Part shown: piece by piece, positions 36,053 to 50,742 of the stretch
Layout of the letters: every line of letters begins with the position of its first letter
Position numbering within the stretch: position 1 is the first letter of the stretch
NCBI RefSeq assembly: GCF_006345805.1
Contig: NC_043012.1
Span: 36,332,001-36,396,000, forward strand
Source of the DNA: Octopus sinensis
Lineage: Eukaryota
DNA: 64,000 nt
Direction of reading: 5' to 3'
Position numbers and translations under genes: made by a program
The notes under the pieces: generated by a model
Told to the model about the DNA's origin: nothing
Seen by the model: only the letters and a program-made list of their open reading frames with translations
Database searches by the model: none

Positions 36053-37508
36053 TACATCTTTAACCCTTTTGATACCAACCCAGCTGAAACTGGTTTTGGC
36101 TCTGTGATACAAATGTCTTGTTTTCATAAGTTTTGAATTAAAATCTTCCACCAAACCTTAGTCACAATTTATGTTCCTCACACTAGCTTAATGATAACCA
36201 AGTTATTCTTTGTTATATTTAAAATAATTGAAAGAAACACACGGGCATGTAGCCGAAGATACACCAAAGCCTGGATGAAAGACAGGATGGTCATGTGTGG
36301 AATACCTCTGCTCAGTTAAAGCTGATTAACAATCTAGTCTACAGAATTATTTTTGCTGAAACCTTACACCTTCTTTTATTCGTCACACACCTTAAGTCTG
36401 ATGTCACAATCTGCCGAAAACAAGTCACAGATCATCTGGGAATATTTTCTTTAGATAAACTGGCAACTTATCCCAAGTGGGGATTTATCTCTTATCCTAA
36501 ACCAAACCAAACATCAGCCTCTACTAGTGTTGCTGTAATCAGGTAAGGTCAGGGATTGTACAGTGTTTTGCTTAGGGCCCAGCACAGTGCTTCTGTCAGG
36601 AAATGAACTCTTAACCAACAGAGAGAATCTAACAATATTTACTTCACCATTGCATTACACAACAACGTTTTCAATTCCAGGCACAGGGCCTGAAACGTTT
36701 AAGAGAAGGGGGCAGGTAAGTTACATCAACCCCATTGCTTAACTGGTATTTATTTTATTGGCCCCGAAAAGATGAAAGACAAAATCAATCTTGGTGGAAT
36801 TTGAACTCAGCACATAAAAAACTGAAAGAAATGCCACAGAGCACTTTGTCTGCCATGCTAACAATTCTGGTAGAAGGCCAGTAATTCTGAGAGGAAGGAA
36901 GAAGTCGATTATACCTACTCCCAGTACTTGACTGGTACCAAGGATGAAAGGCATAATTGACATCCATGGAGTTTGAGCTAGAAGAAGGGCCACTAAGCAA
37001 ACAATTCTGCCACCTCACTGCCTAATAATAATCCTTTGTAATTTTGGCACAAGGAGGGAGAATAAGTCAATTACATTGATTCCCAGTACCCAACTGGTGC
37101 CTTTTTTATTGACCCTGAAAGGATAAATGGTAAGGTCAACCATTGCAGCATTTGAACCTAAAGACAAACGAAATCCCACTCAGCTTTTTATCCAATGTGC
37201 TGACAATTCCACCAGCTCACTTCCTAACATTACTAAGGTTTTCAAATTTGGGCACAAGGCCAGCAATTTCAAGGGAGTTGAATGGGGGGGGGGATTACAT
37301 CACCCTCAGTGCTGGACTGGTAATCATTTTATCAACCCTGAAAGATGAAAGACAAAGTTGACCTCTGCAGAATTTGAACTCAGAAAGTAACAACAGACAA
37401 AATGCCACTCAGCATTTTCCCCGTCACGCTGCCTTAATGGTAACCTTGGCAATAAAGTGCAAACTTAAGTGAACAAATACTGAAAGGTTTTTGAAACACT
37501 TCACTTAC

Positions 37509-37584
37509 CAGACTGTGAAAACAGGATTACATGTTTGTAAATATCTGGAGCAAGCAGTAAAAAGCCCGGCAGTGGGAGAGCATG
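37509..37584 (-). CDS. SLC35B4: SLC35B4 exon 8 (HALPLPGFLLLAPDIYKHVILFSQS)
   Basis: catttcag acceptor and gtaagt donor; 76 nt; HALPLPGF motif. Confidence 0.94.
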
Positions 37585-38631
37585 CTGAAATGAGAAAAAG
37601 AAACCATCAGGGAATTGTCCACAGCCCCTATGTAAACTGAATGCCCTTCCTCACCCTCAATCACAGCTATAAATTCAATTTCTGTTAAGATTAATATGAC
37701 TGGTTTGGTCATGTAAAACTCAGGATTGTTGAAGAGAAAAAGATTTTATAGACATCTGCGTGTTTTATTAAAGCCATCGTCTCTCGTAGGAAATAGCTGT
37801 GAGGCACAATTGAAACTGTGTTTACTGGAGCAGGAGTAGAAACAAGAGACAAGATTTAATAGTGAAGAGATACTTTCTATGAAATAAGAAAAACCTGTTT
37901 ATTCAGGTCACTGCAATGAAAACACCTGAAACACAATCTTAGAGATTTCAAGGTTTTAAGAATATTCATCATCATCTCTTTAACATCCACATTTCTATGC
38001 ATGCATGGGTCAGACAAAATTTGTTGAGGTGGCCACATCTGGATGTTCTTCCTGTCACCAACACTTACCTGTCTCCAAGGAAGGTAATGTTCCTCCATGA
38101 CCAGACATGCTTCTGCAGAAGATTGGAAAGGACGGACACAGCTTTCATACAACCATTACACGATGCCAAGTCAAAGTGAGACAGTAACACATACATACAA
38201 TTGACAGGCTTCTTTTAGTTTCCATCTACTAAATCCACTCTCAAAGCTTTGATTGGCCCAGCACCATAGTAGAAGATACTTACCCAAAGTGCCATGCAAT
38301 GGGACTGAACCCTGGACCATGTGGCTGGGAAGCAAACTACATGCCACACCACACTTCATACCATTCTAATTTAAGCACAAGGCCAGCAATTTTGAGGCCA
38401 AGGACCTAGTTGATGCCAATGAACTCAGTACATGACAGGTATTTTAGTTTATTGACCCAGGAGGGATGAAAGACAGAGTTGATTTTAAAGGAAATTGAAT
38501 TTTATACTGAGGTCAACTTTATTTTTTAACCCCTCTCACACCAGGACTGATGGTCAGTTAAATCAACTGATCCCCTCTTAAATCTCAAGCTTTGGACCAA
38601 AGTTTGAAACTATTATTATTATTATTATTAA

Positions 38632-39545
38632 GGTGGCCAGCTGGCAGAATCATTAGCACGCTGAGTGAAATGCTTAGTGGTATTTTGTCTGCCGCTACGT
38701 TCTGAGTTCAAATTCTGCCGAGGTCAACTTTGCCTTTCATCCTTTCGGGGTCGATTAAATAAGTACTAGTTATGCATTGGGGTTGATATAATCGACTTAA
38801 TCCATTTGTCCTCTGTGTTTAACCCCTTGTGGGTAGTAAAGAAATAGGTATTTCACCAGTTGCTATGTTCTGAGTTCAAATTCCGCCAAGGTTGGCTTTG
38901 CATTTTGATCCTTTTGGGAGTCAATAAAAATAAGTACCAGTTGAGTACTGGGGTCGATGTAATCGACTAATCCTCTCCCACTAAATTTGGGGCCTTGTGC
39001 TTCCAGTAGAAAGGATTATTATTATTAAGGAAGCAAGGTGGCAGAATCGTTAGAATGCTGGACGAAATGCTTAGGGGTATTTCGCAGTCAACTTTATCTT
39101 CCATCCTTTTGGGGTCAATAAAATAAGTACCAGTTGAACACTGGGGTCGATGTAATCGACTCATCCCCACCTCCCACAAGCTGCCCTTGTGGCAAAAATT
39201 TGAAATCATCATCGTCGTTTAACATTCGCTTTCTATGCTAGCATGGGTTGGACGATTTTGACTGAGGGCTGGCAAACCGGATGGCTGCACCAGGCTCCAA
39301 TCTTGATCTGGCAGAAATAATTATCATTATTATTATTATTATTAGAGCAGTGAGCCAACAGAATAGTAAACATACAAGACAAAATGCTTAGCAGATTTTT
39401 TTGTCAGTTTTTACATTCTGGTTTCAAATTCCACAAGGGTTGACGTTGCCTTTCAGGACTGCTAAAATAAATACCAGTGGGGTACTGGGGGGTTGATGTA
39501 ATTGACTAGCTCCCTCCCCACACAATTTCAGGCCTTGTGCCAATA
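38632..39545 (+). mobile_element. Head-to-tail cluster of family B-type SINEs
   Basis: At least four B-box/ggggtcgat...aagtaccagtt units separated by (ATT)n; opposite-strand clusters at about 31590-32460 and 36660-37435. Confidence 0.8.
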
Positions 39546-40311
39546 GTAGAAAGGACAGCTATTTGCCAAACAATAGATTGGCAACATCATTAGAGCTTTG
39601 CAGTGTTTGCTCCTGTTCTTTGCTCTAATGCTTGGTATGGCCAACGTACCTGGGCCAGGTACTCGACACTGCTTCCTTCAGTGTAGCAGACTGATATTTT
39701 AACATCCCATTTCAGTGGTTGGTAGTGCAGTGCCTTTGAATAACGCATTTATCAATGGTTGACTTACTTCACTCGTATGCCCAATTGTAGAACCCAGTTA
39801 CCACTGAGAAATAACTTATCACAACACACTCTCATCATCCTTGTCATTTTAGTGTCCATTTTCCAACACCTGCAGGGTTCAGACAGAATTCATTGAGGCG
39901 GGTCCTTTTTAGGGCAAGATGCCCTTTGTGTTGCCAACTCACACCTGTTCACAGGTAAAGTAATATTTCCCCATGAACAGACAGGTTTGTCACAGAAGAT
40001 CAAAAAATGAATGACACCACTTGTATAACAGTGAGGTTTGTTTACAACAATCACAAGACAAGGATACACACACACACATGACAGGCTTCTTTCAGTTTCC
40101 AACTTCCAAATCCACTCACAAGGCAGTTGTGCAAAGTGAGCGCCACATTGTAGGACTGAACCCTAAACCACATGGCTGGGAAGCACACTTGTTAACCACA
40201 CAGCCAAGCCTGGACCTAAATATAGATAAACAATTGCAGTAAAAAAAGCATTCTAAGAAGCAAAATCACTTTGGAAACCTAAATTTGAGATCAAAGTTAA
40301 AATTAACTTAC

Positions 40312-40421
40312 ATTGAAGAATAATGCTTCTGAAGGATGTTTACCAAACTTCTTATAAATAACTTCTTGGAAGATTCCCATTCTGGCCGACATAAATAGAG
40401 CAAACAACAACATAAAAATTC
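40312..40421 (-). CDS. SLC35B4: SLC35B4 exon 7 (GIFMLLFALFMSARMGIFQEVIYKKFGKHPSEALFFN)
   Basis: poly-T-cag acceptor and gtaagt donor; 110 nt; MSARMGIFQE motif. Confidence 0.94.
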
Positions 40422-43400
40422 CTGAAAAAAAAAATGAAAGACAAAAATGTTTAGAGAAATTCTTGCAATTCCAGATTTAATTTTTCTTTTTGCACAGTTT
40501 TTGTTAGAAATAACACAGATACACACTTAGAGAAGAGAGCTGGACATTTAAGGGGAAGGGCAGTTGCAGTTGCTTGAGATTTTTTTAAAAATTTGTAATT
40601 ATTTTGTTAACCTTACAAGACTGAACAACTAAACAAGGGTAGGATTTGAACACAGGACTACAGATCATTCCGTCAGTAACTCTCGAGAAAGTCAACTCAT
40701 GTTCTGTCAGTGATCCAAATATTTTTATGAAGTTTTTCAGATCCATTCTAGTTGACACTATCTTCTATTCTTTACTTGATTCAGTCATTAGATCAAGGCC
40801 ATGCTGGGGCACCACCTTGAAGAATTGTTGATTGAATACATTGACCCCTGCACTTTTTTTAAAACTATTTTTTAAGCCTGGTAATTATTCTATCAGTCTC
40901 TTTGCCAAACCACTAAGTTACAGGGATGTAAACACACCAACACCAATTGTCAAGTAGTGGTGGGAGACACATACACAACAGGCTTCTTTCAGTTTCCATC
41001 TACCAAATCCATTCACAAGGCTTTGGTTGGCTTGAGGCTATAGTAGAAGACACTTGCCAAAGGTGCCACACAGTGGGACTGAACCCAGAACCATGTGGTT
41101 GGGAAGCAAGCTTTTTATCACACAACTATGCCTGCACTTATCAAGATGTTTTCTAATCTCACTTCAACACACAAACATATATTACTATATTCTCTGAGTC
41201 AGCACCAAATCTTTTGCCTTCATTTTACCGACATATCCATTGTATGGGGCCAATTACCAGTGAAGTAAGCAAGATGATATACTGACAGTTTATCCGAGAA
41301 TGGATCTGTCTCATAGCATGAAACCAGAGCCAGGCAACAAATGCTGGGGATGCCTCAAAGATTAGGAAAAAAGTTTGCTACAAAACAAATTAAATCTTAG
41401 CTTCAAGTGATTTCAAAGTCCCCACCTGCCTCCATTGTTGTTGTCAAATAAGTAGGACCGGGGTTGTGCAGAGTCCGGTTTAAGGCACAGCACAGTGCTA
41501 GTGTCCAGACGTGAACTCTCAATGCATCAACAGAAAATCTAACACATTATTTACTTTATCATGAAAAAGAGTATGCATGGCCTAGCGTTTAGGGTGTTCA
41601 GCTGGCAATAATAAGGCTGTGAATTCAATTCCTGGGCCAGGCCACACATTGTATCCTTGAGCAAGATGCTTCATTTCACATTGCTTGGTTGTAAATGAGT
41701 GCACTGGCCAAGTCCTGATACAGCTCTTTCTGTCTGTCTGTCTCTCTCTCCCACAAACTGTCACTAGCTGTGCCACTGGGTCATGGGTGGCTGGACTAAC
41801 AGGGGTGCCTATATTTGCTCACAACTACACAGACCCCAAAAACAATCGGCCAATCATGGTACGTGTTATAAAGCAGTATTTGGCTCATAAGTGACAGCCA
41901 GCTGTACTTCACCATTAACATCAGCAATGCACAAACTATTTCTGAATAATTCGCTTACCAATCCCACCGTGGCATTCAAACCGGCCATATCCAGCCCAGA
42001 TATTCTACATGTTTTATGTTCAAACTGACCAGGTCAACCCTCTCACACCTACTCTATAAAGTCAGTCTAAAAGTAAACAACCACATTGTTGAAATTTCAA
42101 AGCTACGAGATAATACAAGATGGAGGTGTCTCAAGAAACTGTAAATTCAAAGTGATGTGAATAAATAAGTGTTAAATTTGACAGAGTAACCCAAATGCTA
42201 AAGGATTAAATGCAATGTATTACAGTGAGCCTCTGCTGTGACAAACCAATACCCTGGCACTTTGGTCAGTGTCCTAGAAGCAGTGCTCTCTGTATTATGT
42301 TAATAATAAAATGGACAACAGCATAATGTTAAGACAATTTTAATTAATTAAACTTACAACTACATAGTAGTCAGTACTCCTCACCAAACTGCTATACTGA
42401 TCAACAACTGACTATCAGAGACAACAAGGCCCTGTAGTACGTGGTCGATAAGGTTGCAAGAAATAGTAAACGAAACCTCTCTCAAACCGTCCTCTGTTAT
42501 CTTTAAAAAGAAAAAAAATGGACATTTTGAATAATGTATATTTAAAAAGCTCTGCTGGAAGAGGGCTGACTTGGGTTACACAACATAGCCTCATCTATCA
42601 GTTTACCTGTAAACCAATGTGACTATTGTAACCTAAATCTATGAACAAACATTTTTTGGTGCATGAAATTGAAAAAAATGAAAAGGTATAAATTCAAGTC
42701 TGGCTTGGTTAGTGTAAAGCTCTCTTGTATCACCCCATGCTGTCTCAAGACAGGAAGACTTCAGTGAACAACATCATAACCATCATTTTACATTCATTTT
42801 CAATGCTGGCATGGGTTAGGAGGGTCATCACAGTTTGAGTTCTTACCCAAAGCTTATTGCCTTCCTGAGCTGGTCAGGGGACCATAACTTGCTTGTATGT
42901 TTCCCTTTTTGGCTTTATTCCTACAATGCCCTTCCTGACATCAACCATTTTACAGATTATATTTGGTATATTTTTCTGTGGCATCAAATGTAGTTTAAGG
43001 TTTAATAATAAAAAAAAAACGTGTTGGTCATGGCCGGAACACCTTTGATCATGCAACTGGTCAATCAGGGCTGACCTATGGCTAAACAGCAACATCATAG
43101 ACCAGGAGTAGTGCAGGAATACTTTCCGATGCTGCTGTGTACTGCATTCTCCAACACATTTCAAACAATACATGATGGTGATGCTGATGATGATGATGAT
43201 GATGACGTCGATGATGAAGTAATTGTTTTCAAATTTATGCTTCCCTGGTGTTAAAAATAGAGACACACCTACATAGACTCTGTAGTTAGTTAATTAGGCA
43301 GGTATTTGGGGTGGGGTGAGGGGAGGGAGAATGGTAGAGTTCAGTGATAGGAACTGCTTAGAGAGAAGAAAAAAAGAAACTGAACTACTGCACACAAACA

Positions 43401-45559
43401 GAAGCTGTTCGTTCTTATTGATGGAACATAAAAACAGAATTAGACTAACTCCAACAGAGACATTGTATGGCTTTGGGTATTTCCCTCGTTAATGAAGACA
43501 ATCATTAATTACACGCAGACATTTCGGTAACAACAACAACAGCAGCAGCAGCAGTATTATCGACAACAGGAACAATAGTAACAAGAAGAACAGTAATTGT
43601 AGTAACACTAAAAACAACAGGAACAATAACAACATCATACGAAACAAGCGTATCGTCAGCAGCAGCAAAAATTGGAAGCAGAATCGTTATCAACAACAAC
43701 AAAGAAAACAAGAGAAGCAACGTATAAAACAGCAGCAAAAACAACAACAACAATGAGGTGAAGCTGCAATAAATTATTTTCAGTAATCAATTTGTTCTTT
43801 TAATGGGCTATTTAGAGAATAAATAGTAAATAATTGAGTCATCATCATCATCATCATTTAACATCCCTGTTCCATGCTGGCATGGGTTGGATGAGTCAAC
43901 AGGATGAACTGGAGGCCTGCATTGAGTTCCAAAGTCTGCTTTGGCAATGGCTTCTATGGTTAGATGTCCTTCTTAACACCAACCCCTTTACAGAGAGTAT
44001 AGGGGGATTTATTCGCAGCACCAGCACTAGTGAGGTCATCAAGAAATTTGCAAGACTTAAAAGCCCCCTCGACTGAGTGGAAGTACGGTAGAGGTGGAGG
44101 TTTGAAAGGCTAAAGTATGGTAGGGAACAAAAATGGAGAGGAGCTACATAGCTACCCATTTTATGTTCAGATCAGTCGGATCTGGCCCCTTACACCTATC
44201 CTAAAATGTCATTCTGGAAATATATAATTTCATCACTGAAATCTTGAAGCTTCAAGATAATGAATGATTAATTCGAAACAATGTAAATAAATACAGATCA
44301 CATTTGACCGGGTAATCCAAACGCTGAAGGGTGGCAAGTTGGCAGAATCCTTAATGTGTCAGACAAAACACTTAGCAAAATGCAATTGTTTATTTGCGGA
44401 ATGACATTACAGGGTAGGTGTGAAAGGCCAAATCTAGTTGCTTTGAACATAAAATGAGTAGTTATTCCCACCAACTTTTATACAGTGTAGGGTAGCATCA
44501 AGAAATGCCCTGAGGTCAACATTTACCTTTTATCGTTTTTGGGGTCCATAAAATAAGGGCCAGTTGAACACTGGGATCAGTATAATCAACTAATCCCTCC
44601 CACTACAATGGCTGAGCTGGTGCCAAAATTTGAAACAATCATTAAAGCTGGTATCTGGAACATCATCATCATCATCATTAACATCGTTTAATGTCTGCTT
44701 CCATGCTGGCATGGGTTGGACGGTTTTACTGAGGGCTGGCAAGCCAGAAGGCTGCACCAGGCTCCAGTCTGATCTGGCAAAGTTTCTACAGTTGGATGCC
44801 CTTCCTAATGCCAACCACTCCAAGAGTGTAGTGGGTGCTTTTTACGTGCCACCAGCATGAAGGCCAGTCAGGCGGTACTGGCACTGACCATGCTTGAGTG
44901 GTGTTTTTACATGCCACTGACATGGGAGCCAGCCAGTCAGCACTGGCAATGACCACACTTGAACGGTGCTTTTTACATCCCACCGTAAACGGTGCCAGTC
45001 AGGTGGTATGGTCATCAGCCACGACAATGACTTCAATTGACTCAACAGGTTTTCACAAGCACAGGTTATTGCCCAATGATTGAAGGGTACTCTTAAACGG
45101 GCCGATTATGCTGCACCAACATAGGCCACTAAATGAATATGGAATTTTGATGTAAGGCCCTAATTTAGGTCACTTGAAAACAAGGTGTTTGCATCAAAGG
45201 GCCAGGGACAGTCTCAAGCAGGTTGGCATCAAAGAATAAAAGACTTGTTGAAACAAGTTCATATTGAACAGCTGACATAATTCAGTGTCAAGTTCCAAGT
45301 TTATTTTTTCCCTTTTGATGCCTCAGTCAAAGTAGCAGAGGTTGGGGGGTGGGGGGTAGTTGAAAGATGAGAGAAATGAATATCAAAGTGCAGGAGAACC
45401 TTGCTTGCCAGAAAGAGATTGGGGTGGTGAGGGAGGGGAGCATACGTGGGAGTAAAAGAGAGAAGGATCAAAACAAAATGTAATAAAAGAGAAGGTTTCA
45501 AAGTCAAATTTGTAAATTACTATCTGATACTGTAAATAAACATTTCTGATTTATAGGCA

Positions 45560-45900
45560 CCGACATATATACAAGCATATATATATATATATATACATAC
45601 AGAGAGAGAGAGAGAAACAGAAAAGGAGGTGCATGTGTATGAGTGTACATATATATATATACACACATACACACACATATATATACATACGCACACACAC
45701 ACATATATACACATGCACACACATACATATACACATATATACACACAAGGATATACATATACAGACACACATATACAAACACACATACATATACACATGC
45801 ATACACACACACACATACATATACACATGCATACACACATATATACTCATACACATACATACACACATATACACACACACACATATATATACACACACAC
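45560..45900. repeat. Compound (CA/TA)n microsatellite
   Basis: Direct inspection. Confidence 0.95.
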
Positions 45901-46627
45901 TTGGTAAAGAAACCTATCTAAACGTCTGGCAGCCAAATATTATGGTTTAGGGAATAGCTAAAGGTTACAAAGTTCTTCAAGAGACCAGTTTACACCAGCA
46001 AACAAATTCAAACATGATACACATATAGGCACAGGCGTTGCTGTGTGGTAAGAAGCTTGCATCCCAACCAATTGGTTCTGGGTTCAGTCCTGCTGCATGG
46101 CACCTTGACAAGAATCTTCTGCTATAGTATGGGTCGACCAAAGCCTTGGGAGTGCATTTGGTAGATGGAAATTGAAAGAAGCCTGTCACATGTGTGGGGG
46201 TTTGTCCCCCATCACTACCGCTTGACAACCAGTCTTGGTGTTATTACATCCCTGTCACTTAGGGGTTTGGCAAAAGTGACCAACAAAATAAGTATCAGGC
46301 TTGAAAAAAATAAGTCCTGCAATCGATTCATTTGACAAAAAATACTTCAAGGCAGTGCCCCAGTATGGCCACAGTCTAATGACTGACAAATAAAAGATAA
46401 AAGTTGTGTGTGTGTGTGACAGACAAACTCAAATATGAGCACAGACACACTCACATGTGACAGGTTTCAGTACAGTTTCTGTCAACTAAATTCCACTCAC
46501 AAGGTGTCGGTTACCCCAAGTGGAAAGTGCTGTGCTGTGAGATCAAACCCAAGACACAGCTACACATGATAAATGTACAAAAGAAGAGTTTACCAATTGG
46601 AGACAGTATATAAAAGAGTCAACTCAC

Positions 46628-46688
46628 CAATGAGCCACATGAAATAGTCATAGGTAGAGTCAGTGTCTTCTGTGTCCTCCTGAGGTTT
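46628..46688 (-). CDS. SLC35B4: SLC35B4 exon 6 (KPQEDTEDTDSTYDYFMWLIG)
   Basis: ttttcag acceptor and gtgagt donor; 61 nt, phase 0/1; ends in WLIG like recalled WWLLG. Confidence 0.85.
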
Positions 46689-47843
46689 CTGAAAATAATA
46701 AAAGAGACATTATTTAGAGACAGTGAGATCTAAAATACCTAATTCAGTGACCAGTCATCATTGTCAAAGCAACCAGGTGACAATGAGAGGTGATCTACCA
46801 AGTGTGTAAGAGACATCATGTACCAGTTATCAATGATATTCTATCTACCAGGTGAGTGTTGGACACCCTCTGGCAGGTGAGCGTGGGATGCCCTCTAGCA
46901 GGCAAGCACGGGCCCCCTCTGGCAGGCAAGCATGGGACACCCTCCAGCAGGTGGGCATGAACATGCTCTACCCGGTAAGTATGAAACACTATCTACTTGA
47001 TGAGTATAGGATGTTGTGTACAAGGTGGGTGTGGAATATCATCTTCCAAGTAGTTAACATTTTTGCATGAACTTAAAGGATGAGAAATATTCAAATGATA
47101 CAATTACAGGTCACCCAACTCTGGCAGTAGAGCAACCTTGCTAGTGTTATTGGTTGGCCATACTATAACCAGGTTACCCAGGCTGAACACGACAACCTGG
47201 CTACAGTCCTTTCTCTCACACTGTCTTTTGACATTTTCTCTTCAGCATTCCCATCACTCTACTGGTTAAAGCCATCTAATCTGATAAGATTAGTCACATT
47301 GCACCACTGAAAACTGGGTCTTCGAATTCGTAAGTGCCACATAATTCACAATAACTGCTATTAATTCTGTCCCCTAACAGGTTAAATTCTTTGGCACCCA
47401 AACCTGAATGAGGAAAACATCAGACCGCGGTCAGTGGAGAGAACATACCGAGGCCTTTGTCAAGGGTGGACTGAACATGTGCAAGGACGTATGTATGTAT
47501 GTATGTATGTACACTCTACGAAAAAAAGGTAAAATTACCTTGTTGAGCCATGCCAGGTTCATAAGGGCGAGTTTCCTGGTTTCCATGGTGTATATATTCC
47601 CTACCTGGATGGGACGCCAGCCCTTTGCAGGGTTACTCCTTTTTGTCAGCTGAGTGGACTGGAGTAACATGAAAATGAAGTGTCTTGCTCAAGAACATAA
47701 TACGTTGCCCAGTCCAGGAATCAAAACCACAATCTTACGATCATGAGTCCAACACCCTCACCACTAAGCCATGCAACTCCAATACTCTCCAGCACTTCAG
47801 GCAATAAAAAAAAAACGAGTTCATATTTAACTGTTGTCATTAA

Positions 47844-48063
47844 CCCTTTAGCATTCAAACCGGCCATATCTGGCCAAAATATTTAACCTCTTTTATATTG
47901 AAACTGACCAGATCTCGCCTCTCACCTCAGACCTACCATGTCATTCTAAAACTAAAAAATCACATCACTGAAATCTCTAAATTACAAGATAATGCATGAT
48001 TAATTCAAACCATTTTAAATAAACAAACATCACATTTGACAGAATAGTCTGAACACTAAAGGG
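47844..48063. mobile_element. piggyBac-like MITE (TTAA-flanked)
   Basis: ttaa|ccctttag...ctaaaggg|ttaa; related decayed copies near 41970-42210 and 44160-44330. Confidence 0.7.
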
Positions 48064-48209
48064 TTAAAAGAAAATGTAAGGCAGATCATAAAAAAACATT
48101 GAGAGGAGGAGATGTCAACTGTCTTAAGCAAGCAATGAGAGAAAAAGAGATGTTTTTTGGAAGCTGGTAGAGTCCGAGGAAGGAGGATTAGTGAAGATGA
48201 GAAACTTAC

Positions 48210-48291
48210 CAGATGTTTTGAAGACGCTATTGTACAAAGTACAATTCCAACACTGATCATAAAAACTGCCAAATATTTACTCATTTTATAT
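48210..48291 (-). CDS. SLC35B4: SLC35B4 exon 5 (YKMSKYLAVFMISVGIVLCTIASSKHL)
   Basis: tttcag acceptor and gtaagt donor; 82 nt; phases fit exons 4 and 6. Confidence 0.92.
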
Positions 48292-49159
48292 CTGAAATAA
48301 AGATATAGAAATATCACTGAATTAGATTGATTGGCTATGCTCATTACTGTATTAAATAATTAACTACAACACTGACCAGAAATGTAACGATGTATTTTTA
48401 CTTGTTTTATTACAGCAGAAGTAGAAATATTTAAATATTACTGCATTAGATTTATCTATTGCCTACGTGGCACATGAATGGTTGAGTGGTTAAGACATTT
48501 GCTTCCCAAGGATAAGGTTTCAGGTTCAGTCCCATAGCATGGTCCCTTGCACAAGTTTCTTCCACTATAGACTCAAACCAACCAAAGCTTTGTGAGTCAA
48601 TTTGTGTGTGTGTGTGTGTGCAAGCATGAAGGTACAGGGCCTAGTAGTTAGGTTGTTGCATTCACAAACGTTAGACCGTGGGTTCAATTCTCAGACCAGG
48701 CAGTGCATTGTGTTCTTGAGCAAAACACCTCATTTCATGTTGCTATGTTGGTGGAAGAGCAGCAGAATTGTTGGCATGTCAGTAGAAACGCTTTACAGTA
48801 TATCTTCAAGTTCTCTGCATTCTGATTTCAAATCCCACCTGACACCAGACAGGCAATGGGGAACCACTCCAGTATTCATGCCAGGTCTAGTCATGGCAGC
48901 CAAAGTTCTAGTAATCTACTTAATGGCAGCAGGGGAGGTTATGAGCCCTCCCAGGTCGTATAGAGAGTGCTGGAGGAGGTTTACATACACAGGACATGCC
49001 CAAGGGCAGACCACCACAAGACTAGACAAATCATCATTTAGCATCTTGGCCTGGGTTGGACCATTTGGTAGGATTTGACAGGTGCTGAGAAGCAAAAGTA
49101 TGATAGAGGGATAAGCACAGTTGTCTTGCTGCAGAGGTGATACAGGACTTTTTCTCTGT

Positions 49160-49195
<36 letters not shown>

Positions 49196-49444
49196 TATTG
49201 TAGTTCGCTTGAAGCATTGTTTATTGTTTTTTACTCTTATATTTGTTTCAGTCATTTGACTGTGGCCATGCTGGAGCACCGCCTTTAGTCAAGCAAATCG
49301 ACCCCAGGACTTATTCTTTGTGAGCCTAGTACTTATTCTATTGGGCTCTTTTGCCAAACCGCTAAGTTACGAGGACGTAAACACACCAGCATTGGATGTC
49401 AAGTGATGTTGGGGACACACACACACATATACACACACACATGC

Positions 49445-49485
<41 letters not shown>

Positions 49486-49879
49486 TACAACAGGCTTCTT
49501 TCAGTTTCCATCTACCAAATCCACTCATAAGGCTTTGGTCAGCCTGAGGCTATAGTAGAAGACACTTGCCCAAGGTGCCACACAGTGGAACTGAACCCAG
49601 AGCATGTGGTTGGTAAGCAGGCTACTTACCACATAGCCACTCCTAAAGGATAAAATGTTTTGAATGACACAACAATGCACAATAATAACAACAATGGACC
49701 ATAACAACTGTTGTAATTTAATCTTCCTTAGTCTGATATGATATTTTGGAATATAAAATTCCTTCTTCAGATATCCCTGGGGAATATCATATCATAGACT
49801 AGGGATGATTAAATTACAACAGTTATTATAGTCCATTGTTGTTATCATAGTGCATTGTTGTGCCTTTCAAAACACTTTA

Positions 49880-50183
49880 TTCTTTATATATATATATTAT
49901 ATATAATATATTATATATATATATATATATCTATATATATCATATATATATCATATATATATATATAATATATATATATTATATTATATTATATATATAT
50001 ATATATATATTATATCATATTATATATATATATATATATATATTATATAATATTATATATATATATTATATTATACATATATATTATATTATATTAATAT
50101 TATATATATATATATTATACATATATATTATATATATTAATATTATATATATATTATTATATATATATATATATTAATATTAT

Positions 50184-50215
<32 letters not shown>

Positions 50216-50285
50216 TATATTAATATATATATATATTATACATATATATATATTATATTATATATATATGTGTGTATATATATTA
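49880..50285. repeat. Degenerate (TA)n/(TAT)n microsatellite
   Basis: Almost pure A/T for about 400 bp. Confidence 0.95.
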
Positions 50286-50617
50286 TATTAAATTAGAGAT
50301 AAAACCACTATTAGGCAAATCATACAATGAAAAACTTAAGCCAATACATAAGATTAATTAATTTATATTATTTAAATATATATCAAAATTATTGATTAAA
50401 CCTCGCCAAGTTAAATATTTAAACCACCTGAAGAATGACTGTAACTCGAAAATTTTAAGAAATGAACAGCCATGAAATGATCGTAGTGTTATATTAATTA
50501 TCTTTTTTAATAATTTTGATATATATTTAAAATAATATAAATTAATCTTATGTATTGGCTTAAGTTTTTCATTGTATGATTTGCCTAATAGTAGTTTTAT
50601 CTCTAATTTAATATAAT
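50283..50617. repeat. About 110-bp inverted repeat with about 115-bp spacer next to the Penelope remnant
   Basis: 50283-50393 is the reverse complement of 50509-50617 with few mismatches. Confidence 0.85.
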
Positions 50618-50697
50618 ATAATATTTTACCATAAAATTGGATTCAATCCTAAATCTGATTTTTCCCTGTAAGTTTGGATTTATTCCCTAATATTTTA

Positions 50698-50739
<42 letters not shown>

Positions 50740-50742
<3 letters not shown>

